From: Candidatus Bipolaricaulota bacterium
GTDB lineage: Bacteria; Bipolaricaulota; Bipolaricaulia; UBA7950; UBA9294
DNA length: 64,000 bases
Assembly: GCA_028278555.1 (NCBI GenBank)
Contig: JANQEA010000035.1
Location: 152,089-216,088, forward strand
Direction: 5' to 3'
Both the position numbers and the translations under genes were made by a program. The notes beneath the pieces are model-generated. The model did not search any database. It was not told the DNA's origin and worked only from the letters and a program-made list of their open reading frames with translations. Positions within the stretch are counted from its first letter, which is position 1. Every line of letters begins with the position of its first letter. This document shows positions 25,977 through 36,676 of the stretch, piece after piece.

Positions 25977-26924
25977 CTACTTGTACCGAATTCTCGGATT
26001 GACGGCGGCGTAGAGGATGTCGGCGAGCAGGTTGGCGAAGACAACGCCGATGACGACGACGATCGCGATCGCCTGGAGGAGCGGGAAGTCGCGCCGGTCG
26101 ATCGCGAAGAGGAGCAGCCGGCCGAGCCCCGGGTAGTTGAAGACGTTCTCGATGACGATGATCCCGCCGATCAGCCAGCCGAAGCTGATCGCGATCACCG
26201 TGATCGTCGGGAGGAGGGCGTTCCGCAGAACGTGCTTGAAGACGACGATCCACCTCGGGAGCCCTTTCAAGACGGCCGTCCGCACGTATGGCCGACGCAT
26301 CTGCTCAGCAACCTCGGCGCGGGTCAGCCGCGCGATGTACGCGAGGAGGACGAACGTCGCCGTCAGCGACGGGAGGATGAGGAACGGAAGCGCCTCCCAG
26401 AAGCCGGTCCCCGGCGCGATCGGCGAGCTCGCCGGGAGGAGATCGAGCCGGTGCGCGAGAAGCTCGATCAGCAGGACGCCGGTGACGAACTCGGGGAGAC
26501 CGACAACCGCCAGGCTTCCGAGGCTGATCACGTGATCGGCGATCCCGTGCTCCCGGAGTCCGGCCCAGACGCCGAGGACGACGGAGAGCGGCACGGCGAG
26601 GACGAGGGCGACGACTGCAAGCATCAGCGAATTGCGGAGCCGTTCGACGACAAGCGGTCGAACCGGAAGATCGGTCCCGAATGACGTCCCCCAGTCGCCG
26701 CGGACGAACCGTCCAAGCCACGACCCGTACTGCACGATCGCCGGTCGATTGAGGCCGAGCTCTTCGCGGAGCGCGGCGACCGCTTCCTCGCCGGCTTCGC
26801 GCCCGAGGATCACCCGCGCGACGTCCCCGGGAAGGAACTGTGTCGCCGCGAAGATCAACGCCGACGTCAACAGAAGCGTCAGCAGAAGGAAGCCGAGCCG
26901 CTGGATCAGAAGGCGTCCCATCAT
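25977..26924 (-). CDS. ABC transporter permease (DppB/OppB family)
   Basis: Has 6 TM helices and the EAA-like permease signature, and is 315 aa. Confidence 0.85.
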   Translation of the reverse strand: MMGRLLIQRLGFLLLTLLLTSALIFAATQFLPGDVARVILGREAGEEAVAALREELGLNRPAIVQYGSWLGRFVRGDWGTSFGTDLPVRPLVVERLRNSLMLAVVALVLAVPLSVVLGVWAGLREHGIADHVISLGSLAVVGLPEFVTGVLLIELLAHRLDLLPASSPIAPGTGFWEALPFLILPSLTATFVLLAYIARLTRAEVAEQMRRPYVRTAVLKGLPRWIVVFKHVLRNALLPTITVIAISFGWLIGGIIVIENVFNYPGLGRLLLFAIDRRDFPLLQAIAIVVVIGVVFANLLADILYAAVNPRIRYK

Positions 26925-29911
26925 GCATCTCCTTCGAAGAGCGGCTTCTGCATCCCCCGGAGCTCCGCGACCGGGATATGGCAGAAGATCGCGTGCCCCG
27001 ATTCATCCTGCTGCCACGGGGGAATCTCCTCGACGCAGATCGGCCCGATCCTTCGCGGACATCGCGTGTGGAATGGGCAGCCGCTCGGCCGATCGATCGG
27101 ACTTGGGATTTCGCCTTCGAGGCGAACTGCTTCCCGACCAGTCCCGCCTCCGATCGTCGGGACCGCTGACAAGAGCGCCTCCGTGTACGGGTGGTACGGC
27201 GGCGCGAAGATCTCCTCAACGCTTCCGATCTCCATCAGCCTTCCCAGATAGAGAACAGCGATGTCGTCGGAGAGATGCGAGACAACGGCCAGATCGTGGG
27301 TGATGAACAGATGTGCGCTGTCCCCGCCCGACTGGAGCTCGTCGAGAAGGTTGAGGATCCGCGCCTGGACCGAGACATCGAGCGACGAGGTCGCTTCGTC
27401 GAACAGAACGAGATCCGGACCGGCGGCAATCGCACGGGCGATCGCGACGCGCTGTTTCTCGCCGCCGGAAAGCTGATCGGGCAGCCGTGACGCGTAGGCC
27501 GCCGAGAGGCCGACGCGATCGAGAAGATCGTTCATCCGCAGGCGGACCTCGCGTCGGCCGACCTCGCCCAATCGGATCAGCGGGCGGACGAGCGTCGCTC
27601 CGACCGACAGATGCGGGTTAAGCGCCTGATCCGGATTCTGAGAGACCGACTGCAGGCGCCGGAGGGTTCCGCGCTTTCGCCCCCGGAGACCCGGGGGAAG
27701 AAGTTCATCGTCGAGGTGGATCGCGCCGGCATGGCGCGGTTCCAAGCCGAGGATCGTTCGGGCGAGCGTCGTCTTCCCGGATCCGCTCTCGCCAACCAGC
27801 CCGAGCGTCCCCCCCTCGTCGATCGACAGACTGACCCGATCGACCGCCCGGACGGCACGGCGCTCCCGGCGGCGGACTACGTCAATCAAGGAGCGGGAAA
27901 TCGGGAAGCTCGCCTCAACGCCCTCCACGCGGAGGACGGTCTTCTGGCGTTTCGTTCGGCGCTCTGGCGCCTCGCCGACGAAATCGGACTCCCAGTCCGC
28001 CTGAGAGATTTCCGCCCAACGATGACAGCGGACCGTGCGTCCGCCGTCGATCGACTCGAGGAGTGGTCGCTCCTCGCAGACCCCCGCCGCCCACGGGCAT
28101 CGCGGGCGGAAGACGCAGCCGATCGGAATCGCGTCGAGCGCCGGGATCGATCCCTCCATCGACGACAGTCGCGCGCCCCGAGCCTCTGCGCGGGGGAGGC
28201 TCGCCAGCAGTCCGGCCGTGTACGGATGGCGCGCGTTCCTCAGGAGCGCATCCGTCGGACCGGCTTCGACAAGCTCCCCGGCGTACAGAACGGCAACGTC
28301 GGTCGCGACACGCGCAATCACCCCGAGATCGTGTGTGATGTAGAGGGTTGACCGGTCTCCCTCCTGAAGAAGGTCGGCGATCAGGTCGAGGATCGTTGCC
28401 TCCGTCGTCACGTCGAGCCCGGTCGTCGGCTCGTCGAAGAGAAGAAGGCGCGGCGATGTCGACAGGCCCATCGCGATCGCCACCCGCTGCTGCATCCCGC
28501 CGGAGAGCTGGTGCGGATACCGGCGGGCAACGCGCTCCGGATCGGCGATCTGCACGCTCCGAAGAAGCTCGGTCGCCGCGCCCCGGGCCTCCTTCCGGAG
28601 CAGCGACCCATGTTGTCGAAGAATCTCAGCGATCTGTTCGCCGACCCGGATCGATGGATTGAGCGAGGCGAGCGGATCCTGCGGAACCAGACCGATCTCG
28701 GCGCCCCGGATGGCGCGCAGCTCGCGGGAAGAGAGCCCGAGCAGATCCTTCCCGTCGAAGCGAATCCCTCCGGCGCGGACCGCCCCGTTCGCCGCCAGGT
28801 ACTGCGCGAAGGCGAGGGCCAACGTCGACTTCCCCGACCCGCTCTCGCCGACCACGCCGAGCGTCTCGCCTAGGCGGAGTTCGAGATCGACGTCGCGGAC
28901 CGCGTCGAGCCATCGACCCTCTTGGAAGTACGAGACGGTCAACTGCTCGATCGACGCAATGGCCTCTCCGTTCTCGGCTGGTAATTCTGAGCCTCTCCCG
29001 GCGGACGTCCGCGCACGGAGGATCCTCCGTCGGGCTCGGGGAGAGAGCGATTCGGTCGTCGGACGAAGGGCTGTCTTCAGTCCGTCGGCGGTCAGATTGA
29101 CGCCGACGACCAGCAGCGAGATCGCTCCGGCCGGGAAGTAGAGCGACCACGGCGCAAGCCGGATGTAAATCCGCGCCTCCTTGACCATCAGGCCCCAATC
29201 CGGGCTCGGCGGCTGGACGCCAACCCCGAGAAAGCCGAGGGATGCTATGAGGAAAATCCCGTACGAGAACCGAAGGGCCGCTTCGACTGACAATGCTGGG
29301 AGGACGGACGGGAGGATCTCGCGAAGGAGGATCCACGGGAGTCGCTCGCCCCGGAGGCGGGCGGCCTCGATGAATCCGAGTGACTTGATCGCCAGGGTCT
29401 CGCTCCGGACGACGCGCGCGACGATCGGCGTGTAAACGACGGCGATCACCGCGAGAACGCTCGCCTGTGACGGACCGACCGTCCCGAGGAGGACGAGCGC
29501 AAGGAGGAGGGCCGGGATCGCGAGGAGGCTGTCAAAGACGCGCATCAACAGCTCGTCGAACAGCCCGCCGACGTATCCTGCGAGGAGCCCGAAGAGCGTC
29601 CCGGCCGTTACCGCAAGGAGGGCACCGAGCCCGGTCAGCGAGAGGATGCTCCGCGCCCCGTAAACGATCCGGCTGAAGACGTCCCGCCCGAGGTGATCGG
29701 TCCCGAACCAGTGCGCCGTCGACGGTGCCTGCCGCGCGTCGGCGTAGATCTGCTCTGTCGGTCCGTACGGCGCGATCCACGGCGCGAGGATCGCAAGAAG
29801 GACGAACAGGCAGACGATGCTCGCCCCGAACGCCGACGACGGTTTCCGATACAGGTCACGCAACACCCTGATCACCGGCCACCGCCCGCGCTTCATCTCA
29901 GAACAGTCCAT
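26921..29911 (-). CDS. Fused ABC transporter: DppC-type permease plus two ATPase domains (DppD/DppF-like)
   Basis: The N-terminal 290 aa or so form the permease. Two Walker A sites are present (GESGSGKST and GESGSGKTT) and two LSGG signatures. The C-terminus has the Cys-rich oligopeptide-ATPase tail. Confidence 0.8.
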   Translation of the reverse strand: MDCSEMKRGRWPVIRVLRDLYRKPSSAFGASIVCLFVLLAILAPWIAPYGPTEQIYADARQAPSTAHWFGTDHLGRDVFSRIVYGARSILSLTGLGALLAVTAGTLFGLLAGYVGGLFDELLMRVFDSLLAIPALLLALVLLGTVGPSQASVLAVIAVVYTPIVARVVRSETLAIKSLGFIEAARLRGERLPWILLREILPSVLPALSVEAALRFSYGIFLIASLGFLGVGVQPPSPDWGLMVKEARIYIRLAPWSLYFPAGAISLLVVGVNLTADGLKTALRPTTESLSPRARRRILRARTSAGRGSELPAENGEAIASIEQLTVSYFQEGRWLDAVRDVDLELRLGETLGVVGESGSGKSTLALAFAQYLAANGAVRAGGIRFDGKDLLGLSSRELRAIRGAEIGLVPQDPLASLNPSIRVGEQIAEILRQHGSLLRKEARGAATELLRSVQIADPERVARRYPHQLSGGMQQRVAIAMGLSTSPRLLLFDEPTTGLDVTTEATILDLIADLLQEGDRSTLYITHDLGVIARVATDVAVLYAGELVEAGPTDALLRNARHPYTAGLLASLPRAEARGARLSSMEGSIPALDAIPIGCVFRPRCPWAAGVCEERPLLESIDGGRTVRCHRWAEISQADWESDFVGEAPERRTKRQKTVLRVEGVEASFPISRSLIDVVRRRERRAVRAVDRVSLSIDEGGTLGLVGESGSGKTTLARTILGLEPRHAGAIHLDDELLPPGLRGRKRGTLRRLQSVSQNPDQALNPHLSVGATLVRPLIRLGEVGRREVRLRMNDLLDRVGLSAAYASRLPDQLSGGEKQRVAIARAIAAGPDLVLFDEATSSLDVSVQARILNLLDELQSGGDSAHLFITHDLAVVSHLSDDIAVLYLGRLMEIGSVEEIFAPPYHPYTEALLSAVPTIGGGTGREAVRLEGEIPSPIDRPSGCPFHTRCPRRIGPICVEEIPPWQQDESGHAIFCHIPVAELRGMQKPLFEGDA

Positions 29912-30072
29912 ACGGCTCCGATTCGCACGGGGCGAGTATAGAGTCTTACCTTGCTGTGCCGCATTTCAGAAGTGTGAAGGGAGGCCATCGGCCTCCCTTC
30001 GCGGCACTCAGATTCGCAGCTCACCCACACGAGAACAGAGGCCATGCCACTGTTCTCGTCCGCGTCAGGGGG

Positions 30073-31572
30073 CTAGCCCCCTGACGCGAAGACGATGCGG
30101 AAGTCGGTCCTCCCGGGGAACGCCTTCAGCTCGAGGCCGTCGAACCGATCACTGTATGCCGCAACTGCGGCGAAGAAGTAGGGGATGATGACCGGCCCGC
30201 GCTCGATCAAGATCCGCTGGATCTCGGCGTATGCGGCGACACGCTCCGCTTCGTCGAGGGTCGTTCCGGCCGTTGCAGCGAGCCCGTCGAACTCGCTGTC
30301 GCAGAAGCGAGATTCATTCCACGACGCCGCGCACGTCAGCATCGAGTTCATGTAAAACTGCGGGTACGGACGCGATCCCCAGCCGGTGATCCCGAGCTCC
30401 TTGTCCATCCAGTGGTTCTCACCGTAGTAGATGGATTCTGGCTCGACGATCACGTTGACCGTGATCCCGGCTTCGGCCCACTGCTCCTTCAGGACGACCG
30501 CCAGGTCGGGTCGGCCACCGGTGTCCGGGGTGTAGAGATCGATCGTCAGACCGTCCGGGTATCCGGCGCTGGCAAGGAGGGCCTTGGCGGCGAGCGGATC
30601 CCGCGCCGGGATCGGGGTCGATTCATCGTAGTACTCGGCGTAGAGCGGGCCGACCGGGCTATCCCGCCCGACGGCGCCGAGCCCGAGCTGAACGATCTGG
30701 AAGATCGCCTCGCGATCGGTCGCGAGCTTCATCGCCTCGATAACGAGTGGATCGTTCCCCGGTGGAATGTCGGAGCGGAGCCGGACGAGGTCGAATCCGT
30801 TCGTCGGCACGTCGACGGCAACGATTCCCGGCTCACCTTGAAGCGTGAGGAAAAGGGCCGACGACATCCGCCACGCCATGTCGACCTGCCCGCCGCGGAG
30901 CGCGTCGACCGATGCAACCTGATCGCCGAAGAAGATGAACTGCAGGCCGTCGATTCGCGGGAGACCCTCAATGAAGTAGTCCGAATTCGCCCGCATCACG
31001 ATCCGATCTTCCGGACGGTAGTCCTCGACGATGAACGGACCGGTCCCGTTGAATGCCAAGAAGTCGGTCGTCCCTCGCTTAACGATCAACGCGTGGTTGT
31101 CGCTCAGATCGTAGAGGAAGAACGGATTCGGCTCCTTCAGCTGGAACGTCACTTCGTTCGGCCCGGTGACGTCGATCCTGTCGACGTTGGCGTAGACCGA
31201 CTCGGTTGCGAACCCATTCTCCGGATCGCGGAGCCGATCGAAGGTCCAGGCGACGTCGCCAGGGACGAGCGGGCTCCCGTCGTGGAATCGAATCCCTTCC
31301 GTCAGGATGAACGTGTACTCCGTTCCGTCCTCGCTGACGACCCAGGTTGCCGCCAATCGCGGAATGATTCGGCTTCCAGCATCGACATCGACCAGGTAGT
31401 CGTAGACCGCATTTGCTACCGCGACCTCCGCGTCCGAAGAGATCAGCGCCGGATCAACCTGAACGATCGGCTGCATCGCAACGCGGAAGACCGACTCAGC
31501 GAGAGCGGCGCCCTGAATGCTCAGCAGGAGTACCACCGCCAACAGAAAGACTCGGACGATTCCTCTACGCAT
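30073..31572 (-). CDS. ABC transporter substrate-binding protein, family 5 (DppA/OppA-like)
   Basis: An AAGGAGGA ribosome-binding site precedes the ATG (MRRGIVRVFLLAVVLLLS signal peptide). The mature protein is about 500 aa. Confidence 0.8.
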   Translation of the reverse strand: MRRGIVRVFLLAVVLLLSIQGAALAESVFRVAMQPIVQVDPALISSDAEVAVANAVYDYLVDVDAGSRIIPRLAATWVVSEDGTEYTFILTEGIRFHDGSPLVPGDVAWTFDRLRDPENGFATESVYANVDRIDVTGPNEVTFQLKEPNPFFLYDLSDNHALIVKRGTTDFLAFNGTGPFIVEDYRPEDRIVMRANSDYFIEGLPRIDGLQFIFFGDQVASVDALRGGQVDMAWRMSSALFLTLQGEPGIVAVDVPTNGFDLVRLRSDIPPGNDPLVIEAMKLATDREAIFQIVQLGLGAVGRDSPVGPLYAEYYDESTPIPARDPLAAKALLASAGYPDGLTIDLYTPDTGGRPDLAVVLKEQWAEAGITVNVIVEPESIYYGENHWMDKELGITGWGSRPYPQFYMNSMLTCAASWNESRFCDSEFDGLAATAGTTLDEAERVAAYAEIQRILIERGPVIIPYFFAAVAAYSDRFDGLELKAFPGRTDFRIVFASGG

Positions 31573-31734
31573 GATGATTCCTCCTTCGATTCTCGACACA
31601 ACGACCCGGTTCAGCGGCCTCGCGCGGCCACTTCGACCAGCCTACCCGAGCCGTGTCGTTCCGATCAAGGTCAGCATCGAACGGTTCCGTCTCGGCTCCG
31701 TTTCCGAGTGCTCTGCGGCGGCTGCCCGGCTAGA

Positions 31735-32673
31735 ATGGCAGAGATCATGTCGGGAAGGACCGCACCACCGCATCGCCACATCTGGAGCGGACTCGCCAGC
31801 GTCTCCAGCGCTGGAGACGAAGCGGTCGGAATCCTCGGGATTCCATTCGACGGCGCATCGAGTTTTCGCCGTGGCTCGGCCGAGGCGCCGGACCGAATCC
31901 GCTCGCTGACGCCGCATTGCGCACCGTTCACCGAGGACGGAGCGCAGCTCGCCGGGCTCCGTCTCCGCGACTACGGGAACGTGGCAGCCAGCCCGTCGTG
32001 GGAACGGTTCGCCAACTCGGTCAGCGAAGCAGCATTGCGTGCACTCGCGCATCGGTTCGCCCTCTTCCTCGGCGGAGATCACTCGGTGACGATCCCACTC
32101 GTTGCCGCGGCCGCAGGTACAGTTTCCGGTCAGCTCGGGATTCTCCACCTCGATGCCCATCTCGATCTGATGGACACGTTCGAAGGATCGCCGTGGTCAC
32201 ACGCCTGCACGGCTCGCCGGGTCCTTGAACTCCCGCAGACCGATCCGTCTCTGATGGTGTTCGTGGGTACCCGGTCGTGGCTCGGCCGGGAGAAGGACCT
32301 CCTCTCAGCTCACCCACAGGTCGGGGTTCATACCGCCCGCGACGTCTTCGTCAACGGCGTCGGTCCGATCGCGGAAGCCGTCTGCCGGCAGCTGGAGAAT
32401 GCAGAAGCCGTCTACGTCACGATCGACATCGATGTGCTCGATCCAGCCTACGCCCCCGGAACGGGGACCCCCGAGGCCGGCGGACTCTCAACCCGCGAGC
32501 TGCTCGAACTCCTTCGGTTCGTCCTTCGAACTCTGCCGGTTCGCGCCCTCGACATCGTCGAGGTCTCCCCGCCGCTCGATCCGTCCGACGTCACGTCGTT
32601 CGCCGCGATCAAGCTGATCTACGAAGCGCTAGGGGCCATCCGGGCGGAACTCGGACAACCTGCAAGCGGCTGA
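31735..32673 (+). CDS. Agmatinase/arginase-family ureohydrolase
   Basis: Has the Mn-binding motifs GGDHSVT, DAHLD and DIDVLDPA. The track ORF 30412..32673 is over-extended at its 5' end. Confidence 0.8.
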   Translation: MAEIMSGRTAPPHRHIWSGLASVSSAGDEAVGILGIPFDGASSFRRGSAEAPDRIRSLTPHCAPFTEDGAQLAGLRLRDYGNVAASPSWERFANSVSEAALRALAHRFALFLGGDHSVTIPLVAAAAGTVSGQLGILHLDAHLDLMDTFEGSPWSHACTARRVLELPQTDPSLMVFVGTRSWLGREKDLLSAHPQVGVHTARDVFVNGVGPIAEAVCRQLENAEAVYVTIDIDVLDPAYAPGTGTPEAGGLSTRELLELLRFVLRTLPVRALDIVEVSPPLDPSDVTSFAAIKLIYEALGAIRAELGQPASG

Positions 32674-32674
32674 A

Positions 32675-33040
32675 TCAGGCGGCGCTCGTATCGGACTGCA
32701 TCATCCCGTGGAGATTCCCTTCGGGATCCTTGAAGTACGCCATCCAGCCGACGCCGGGGACGGCCATCTTCGGGAGGACGATCTCTCCGCCGTGCTCCTC
32801 GACCTTCGCGATGTACGCATCGAGATCGGGGACATCGATCGTGTTCGCGACCATCGAGTCTTCGCCCTCGCGGCGGGTGATTCCGCCATCGATCCCGTGC
32901 TCTTCCTCCCCGGTCATGACGAGCCAGTAGTCAATCGGTCCGTCCCATTTCTCGATCCGCCAGCCGAACGTCTTCTCGAAGAAACCGATCACCCGCTCCG
33001 GATCGTCCGCAGGAATCTCGAAATGCACTACGCGTGGCAT
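32675..33040 (-). CDS. VOC (glyoxalase/bleomycin-resistance) family protein
   Basis: A 121-aa product with the VOC fold pattern. Confidence 0.75.
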   Translation of the reverse strand: MPRVVHFEIPADDPERVIGFFEKTFGWRIEKWDGPIDYWLVMTGEEEHGIDGGITRREGEDSMVANTIDVPDLDAYIAKVEEHGGEIVLPKMAVPGVGWMAYFKDPEGNLHGMMQSDTSAA

Positions 33041-33098
33041 GATGCCTCCTTTTCATCCCATCCTGACTCGATCGGTGAGGCCACGCTGAAGATCCGTG

Positions 33099-34547
33099 TC
33101 AGATTCGGTGAACCTTGATGAAGTTCGTCCGTCCTTCGCTTCCGGCCGGAATCCCCCCGGCGACGACGACCATCTCACCCGGTTCCGCCTCGCCGCGCTC
33201 CAGGAGGAGGCTTCTGACCATCTCCAGCATCTCGTCGGTCGAGCCGTACGGCGGGACGAGGATCGGCGTGATCCCCCAGACGAGCGCAAGCTGCCGGAGG
33301 GTCGTCTCTCGCGGCGTGAGTGCGACGATCGGGCGCGTCGGACGCTCTCGCGCGATCTGGCGCGCTGTGTAGCCGCTCCGGGTCGAGGTGACGATCAATG
33401 CCGCGTCGATCTCACGAGCGACACGGACGGTCGCCTTCCCGATCGCGTCGGTGATCGGACGAGATCGATCGGTTCTGTCATCGATGGTCCCCTCGTCGCG
33501 ACAGGAGACCTCTCGCTCAGCGATCGCCGAGATCTCGCGGATCATCGACACGGCCTCGACCGGATGCCGTCCGACGGCCGTCTCGGCCGAGAGCATCACC
33601 GCATCGGAACCGTCGAAGATCGCGTTCGCCACGTCGCTCGCCTCAGCGCGGGTCGGCCTTGGACTCTCGATCATCGACTGGAGCATCTGCGTCGCGGTGA
33701 TCACCGGGATTCCGAGTCGGTTGCAGCGCCGGATGATCTTCTTCTGGAGAACGGGGACCTGCTGAGGCGACGTCTCAACGCCCAGATCGCCGCGGGCGAC
33801 CATCACACCATCGCTGGCGGCGAGGATCGCCGGGAGCCGCTCGATCGCCTCGCGTTTCTCGATCTTGGCGATGATCCCCACATCGATTCCCCCGGGACAC
33901 CCGTCGAGCAGCTCGCGAAGTCCGTTCAAATCGTCGGCGGCTCGGACGAATGACAGCGCGACATAATCGACACCTTGCTCGATGGCGAACCGCGCGTCCG
34001 CGCGATCCTTCACTGTCAACGCGGTGATCCCTGACGTCCCGCTCGGAGCGGCAATCCCCTTCTGCGACGACAGCTCGCCTCCAACAACGATTCGCGCGAT
34101 TAGCGTCTCCGGCCGAACCTCGCGGATCTCGGCCTCGATCAGCCCATCGTCGAGCAGGATCCGATCCCCGACGCACGCGCCGACGATCAGCTCGGGATGC
34201 GGCAACGGGATCGCGTGATCGGTTCCGTCGGATGGTCGCGTCGTGAATGCCACCCAATCACCAGCGTCGAGTCGGAGCGAGTCAACCAGTCGGCCGATCC
34301 TGAGCTTCGGTCCCTGCAGGTCGGCGATCACAGCGACGATCCCCTTCTCCTCGGCTGCGATCTCACGGACGCGCTGGATCGTCTCGGCGTGTGTCTCGTG
34401 CGTTCCATGCGAGAAGTTGACCCGCGCGACGTCCATCCCGGCACGGATCAACCGCCGGATCGCCTCGCGATCGCTCGATGCCGGCCCGAGGGTGCAGACG
34501 ATCTTCGTCTTCGTCTCCGACGCGTGGCTGACCATCGCTAGGCCTCG
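33099..34547 (-). CDS. pyk: Pyruvate kinase
   Basis: Begins MVSHASETKTKIVCTLGPAS and has the pyruvate kinase barrel and C-terminal domains, about 482 aa. The track ORF extends upstream, but no ribosome-binding site or similarity supports the extension. Confidence 0.85.
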   Translation of the reverse strand, partial: RGLAMVSHASETKTKIVCTLGPASSDREAIRRLIRAGMDVARVNFSHGTHETHAETIQRVREIAAEEKGIVAVIADLQGPKLRIGRLVDSLRLDAGDWVAFTTRPSDGTDHAIPLPHPELIVGACVGDRILLDDGLIEAEIREVRPETLIARIVVGGELSSQKGIAAPSGTSGITALTVKDRADARFAIEQGVDYVALSFVRAADDLNGLRELLDGCPGGIDVGIIAKIEKREAIERLPAILAASDGVMVARGDLGVETSPQQVPVLQKKIIRRCNRLGIPVITATQMLQSMIESPRPTRAEASDVANAIFDGSDAVMLSAETAVGRHPVEAVSMIREISAIAEREVSCRDEGTIDDRTDRSRPITDAIGKATVRVAREIDAALIVTSTRSGYTARQIARERPTRPIVALTPRETTLRQLALVWGITPILVPPYGSTDEMLEMVRSLLLERGEAEPGEMVVVAGGIPAGSEGRTNFIKVHRI

Positions 34548-35398
34548 TCCGCCGGCGAGACGATCCGATACTGCGCGGAGTCCGAGACCGGTCGGAATCC
34601 GATCTGTTGGTAGATCTTGTTCGACGTCGGATTCGCCAGGTCGGCGTAGAGCGTGCAGAACGCCTTCCCTGCGCCGAGCAGCCGCTCGCAGAGGGCTGCG
34701 ACACAGGCCGATGCGTAGCCGTTCCTCCGCTTCTCCGGAGGGGTATAGACCGCGCTGATCGTCGCGGCGTTCTCCGTTCCACGAGAGCTTCCAGCCAGAG
34801 AGGCCGGTCCATCGTGATCCCAGACGACCAGGTTCCCCGACTCCATGAACCGACGGGCGATCCCCTTCGGATCGGAGGGCGGATCTCCCGGGACGGCCTC
34901 GGTCTGGAACCCGACGATCCATTCCGCGATCAGATCGAGCTCCTCGTCAGCCACAGACCGCATCCGGCCGGGTACGCCGCTCGGCGGCTTGACGTCGTAC
35001 AAGGCGTAGATCCGCATCCGTCGTTCGACCTCCAGGCAAGAGCCCGTCCGTTCCGTCCACGCCTCCGCGAATGCCGCGGCGACACCAGCTTCCCCATTCA
35101 GCCCGGGAAGCTCTGGATCGGCTTTCGAGAGGTGCTCGACAAGCGGAACGATCGTGTCGAGGCGGCCTTCCTCGCAATGGAGAATCACCGGGAACGGGGG
35201 CGTCCGGATTGCAGCGGCCACGAGATCGGCGCCGTCCTCGACGCTCACGAAGTACGGTGGATCGCCGCCGTAGGACCGTCCGGCGCGGACGCGATCGGCG
35301 ATCCCGAGGATCAGGTTGTTCTTCGCTTCCTCGACGAGCAGGCGTTCTTCCGTCGCTTCGAGGAACGCCTTCGGGCTCGGATAGGTCGTCAGTTTCAT
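34538..35398 (-). CDS. GNAT-like acetyltransferase domain protein
   Basis: The C-terminal GNAT fold carries NGYASACVAALCERLL, and the N-terminal region is GNAT_acetyltran-like. Confidence 0.6.
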   Translation of the reverse strand: MKLTTYPSPKAFLEATEERLLVEEAKNNLILGIADRVRAGRSYGGDPPYFVSVEDGADLVAAAIRTPPFPVILHCEEGRLDTIVPLVEHLSKADPELPGLNGEAGVAAAFAEAWTERTGSCLEVERRMRIYALYDVKPPSGVPGRMRSVADEELDLIAEWIVGFQTEAVPGDPPSDPKGIARRFMESGNLVVWDHDGPASLAGSSRGTENAATISAVYTPPEKRRNGYASACVAALCERLLGAGKAFCTLYADLANPTSNKIYQQIGFRPVSDSAQYRIVSPADEA

Positions 35399-35913
35399 CG
35401 GCTTCCTGTCTCCAGCAAATCGATATACGCTCCGCTCACGCGATCCGCGTTTTCGATGCCGAGTGACTCCAGCAGTCGATCGGCGGTTGCCGCTCCCTCC
35501 TCGGTCGATTCTCCCTCCTCGAGAACGACCTCGAGTTCCATGAACGTGCCGAGGCCCTCGACTTCATCGAGGTGGATTCGCGTTCGGCCGATACGATAGA
35601 GGAACCGACGTTTCACGACCACTCCCCGAACCTCGAGTACCGCCGTGAGCATGCTCAGGAACGTCTCGGGATCGGTCGACCAGACAAGGGCGTACTCCGA
35701 GACCTTTGCGGACGAGTCGTCCGGCCGCTCGTAGTAGATCAGCTCGCACGCGTCCGGCGCGAGAACGCGGAGCTTCAGCCGACCGCGTGGCACGACGAAG
35801 AACGTGTCGTGCTGATCGAGGTTCTCAACCGGAGTCTCAGTCAGCGCTTCGGCGCGTCGGCGGAAGGCGTCGACCTCCCTGACGCGCGCCTTGACCTCAA
35901 CGTTTCTCGCCAT
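35395..35913 (-). CDS. CYTH domain protein (class IV adenylyl cyclase / triphosphatase family)
   Basis: The EVKARV N-terminal motif (ExExK) is typical of CYTH. The product is 172 aa. Confidence 0.7.
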   Translation of the reverse strand: MARNVEVKARVREVDAFRRRAEALTETPVENLDQHDTFFVVPRGRLKLRVLAPDACELIYYERPDDSSAKVSEYALVWSTDPETFLSMLTAVLEVRGVVVKRRFLYRIGRTRIHLDEVEGLGTFMELEVVLEEGESTEEGAATADRLLESLGIENADRVSGAYIDLLETGSR

Positions 35914-36676
35914 CGTTCTCCTCCCACACCTTCAGCTGTCGATCGAGCGCGGCTCGGAGACTCGGATCGATTGGTTCACGATCCGGGTCTTCGCGGCGAT
36001 GGAGCACTCGAGGCCGTTCCTCCCCATAGGGAGTGAAGCGGAGTGCAACGTGCTCCAGATAGAACCGCGCGTTCCCCGGAGGCACCGGGTCGGCGTACAA
36101 CCAATCGTCGACAAGCGGTGCGCCGAGATGCGCCATCGTCGCGCGGATCTGATGATACCGCCCGGTGTGCAGCCGGAGGAGGGCATGCGCTTCGTCCTCA
36201 CGATCGGGTGTTGGTGCAAGCGCCAGGATCTCGGTGACCGCGCGTTTCCCACCGCTTCGAACGACGATCGAACGGCCGCCGCGCGTCCGAAGGTGGACCA
36301 TGTGTACGCCGATCCACCGCTCAGGCCGATCCGACAGCGTTCCATTGACCCGCGCCAAGTAGACCTTCTCCCAGGTGCGATCTCGAAGGCTCTCGTTGTG
36401 GAATCGGATCGCGTCGGCCGACAGCGCAACCACAACGATCCCTCTCGTCACCCGGTCGAGCCGATGCGGAAGCTTCGGAGCGGCATCTCGCGCCGCCGCC
36501 GCCCGGACCCGCGCGATCAGCGAGACGCCCTTCGGATCGCTCGTCAGCTCGGTCGCCATACCGGCCGGCTTGATGACGGTGAGTTCGTGCGGACCCTCGA
36601 AGAGGATCGGCAGCCCGAGCGCGTCCCAACCGACGTTCTCTCCCCCGGCGCTGGCAACAGGCTCCACGCGTTCCAC
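35897..36676 (-). CDS. RluA-family pseudouridine synthase
   Basis: Contains the catalytic HRLDRVTRG motif with its Asp. Confidence 0.8.
   Translation of the reverse strand: MERVEPVASAGGENVGWDALGLPILFEGPHELTVIKPAGMATELTSDPKGVSLIARVRAAAARDAAPKLPHRLDRVTRGIVVVALSADAIRFHNESLRDRTWEKVYLARVNGTLSDRPERWIGVHMVHLRTRGGRSIVVRSGGKRAVTEILALAPTPDREDEAHALLRLHTGRYHQIRATMAHLGAPLVDDWLYADPVPPGNARFYLEHVALRFTPYGEERPRVLHRREDPDREPIDPSLRAALDRQLKVWEENDGEKR

Noticed and set aside
33099-34922. A 125-aa N-terminal extension of pyruvate kinase (track ORF 33099..34922).
   Set aside because: The extension is Arg/Gly-rich and overlaps the upstream GNAT gene on the same strand. A canonical pyruvate kinase N-terminus (MVSHASETKTKIVCTLGP) starts at 34547, immediately after the upstream stop.
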